From an uncultured Clostridia bacterium (GTDB lineage Bacteria > Bacillota > Clostridia > Christensenellales > Borkfalkiaceae): DNA of 64,000 nt. The notes under the pieces were generated by a model. It searched no databases. It was given only the letters and a program-made list of their open reading frames with translations, and had not been told where the DNA came from. A program made the position numbers and the translations under genes. The stretch lies in contig CAKQKN010000106.1 of NCBI GenBank assembly GCA_934249215.1, positions 1,662 to 65,661 on the forward strand, in the 5' to 3' direction. This document shows positions 63,781 to 64,000 of the stretch, one piece after another (within the stretch, counting starts at the first letter, position 1; every line of letters starts with the position of its first letter).

Positions 63781-64000
63781 ATGAAAAGAATGGTTTCAAT
63801 TTTTATGGTATGCATGTTTTTGTTTCTTGCAACGATTTGCGGTATTGGATGCCGCAAACGTAAGGAACTTCCTTACAACACAATTGTTTATAGTGCGGGC
63901 TGTGGATTAAATGAAGACTTTTTGTATAAGGAAGAAAATCAGATAAACATTAAATATAAAAATAAAGAATACAATCCCGATGATCCAAACAGCGAGAAGT
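63781..64000 (+). CDS. putative lipoprotein, 5' partial (runs off the window)
   Basis: AAGGAG RBS. MKRMVSIFMVCMFLFLATICGIGCRK... stays open to the window end. Not in the ORF track because no stop is reached. Confidence 0.6.
   Translation, partial: MKRMVSIFMVCMFLFLATICGIGCRKRKELPYNTIVYSAGCGLNEDFLYKEENQINIKYKNKEYNPDDPNSEK

Overview
This 64-kb segment reads like the chromosome of a spore-forming Firmicute of Clostridia type. Supporting signs are the yqfC-yqfD-phoH-pgpH-ybeY-era-yqzL-recO synteny, a Cheo-type LexA box and GGAGG ribosome-binding sites. Almost every gene is on the + strand. The window falls into four blocks. (1) 1-11.6 kb is a phage morphogenesis module: terL, portal, scaffold and coat, then 187-, 472- and 295-aa proteins whose order and sizes parallel P22 gp4/gp10/gp26. 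About 1 kb of non-coding, hairpin-dense tandem repeats follows terL. No integrase, lysis, replication or tailspike gene is recognisable in the window. (2) 11.7-15.9 kb holds a 608-aa prepilin-type protein and a 518-aa lipoprotein with their own promoter and terminators, then tRNA-Leu(GAG) on the - strand. (3) 16-59 kb is core housekeeping: uvrB, uvrA, prfA, trpS, rpsB-tsf, tpiA-gpmI, secG-rnr-smpB, pgk, the sporulation/era/recO cluster, coaX and ispG. It also holds a LexA-box-controlled Y-family polymerase broken by one in-frame TAA, and a 510-aa protein with PolC N-terminal, OB and exonuclease domains but no polymerase core. (4) 59-64 kb is a visibly AT-richer island: an ECF-type sigma factor, a split Cys-peptidase-like secreted protein and a putative anti-sigma factor. 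These are followed by small membrane and lipoprotein genes preceded by an identical promoter-like motif and ~200-bp duplicated leader cassettes. Two families of short dispersed repeats run through the window. One has the core CTATAAGTCGATTATC and lies just after stop codons at 11 intergenic sites. The other is a ~55-nt element, TAGATCCCTCGGAAG...GGGATGACGGGAG. All functional calls come from motif recognition by eye. No database, HMM or folding program was run, so family names and start codons are provisional.
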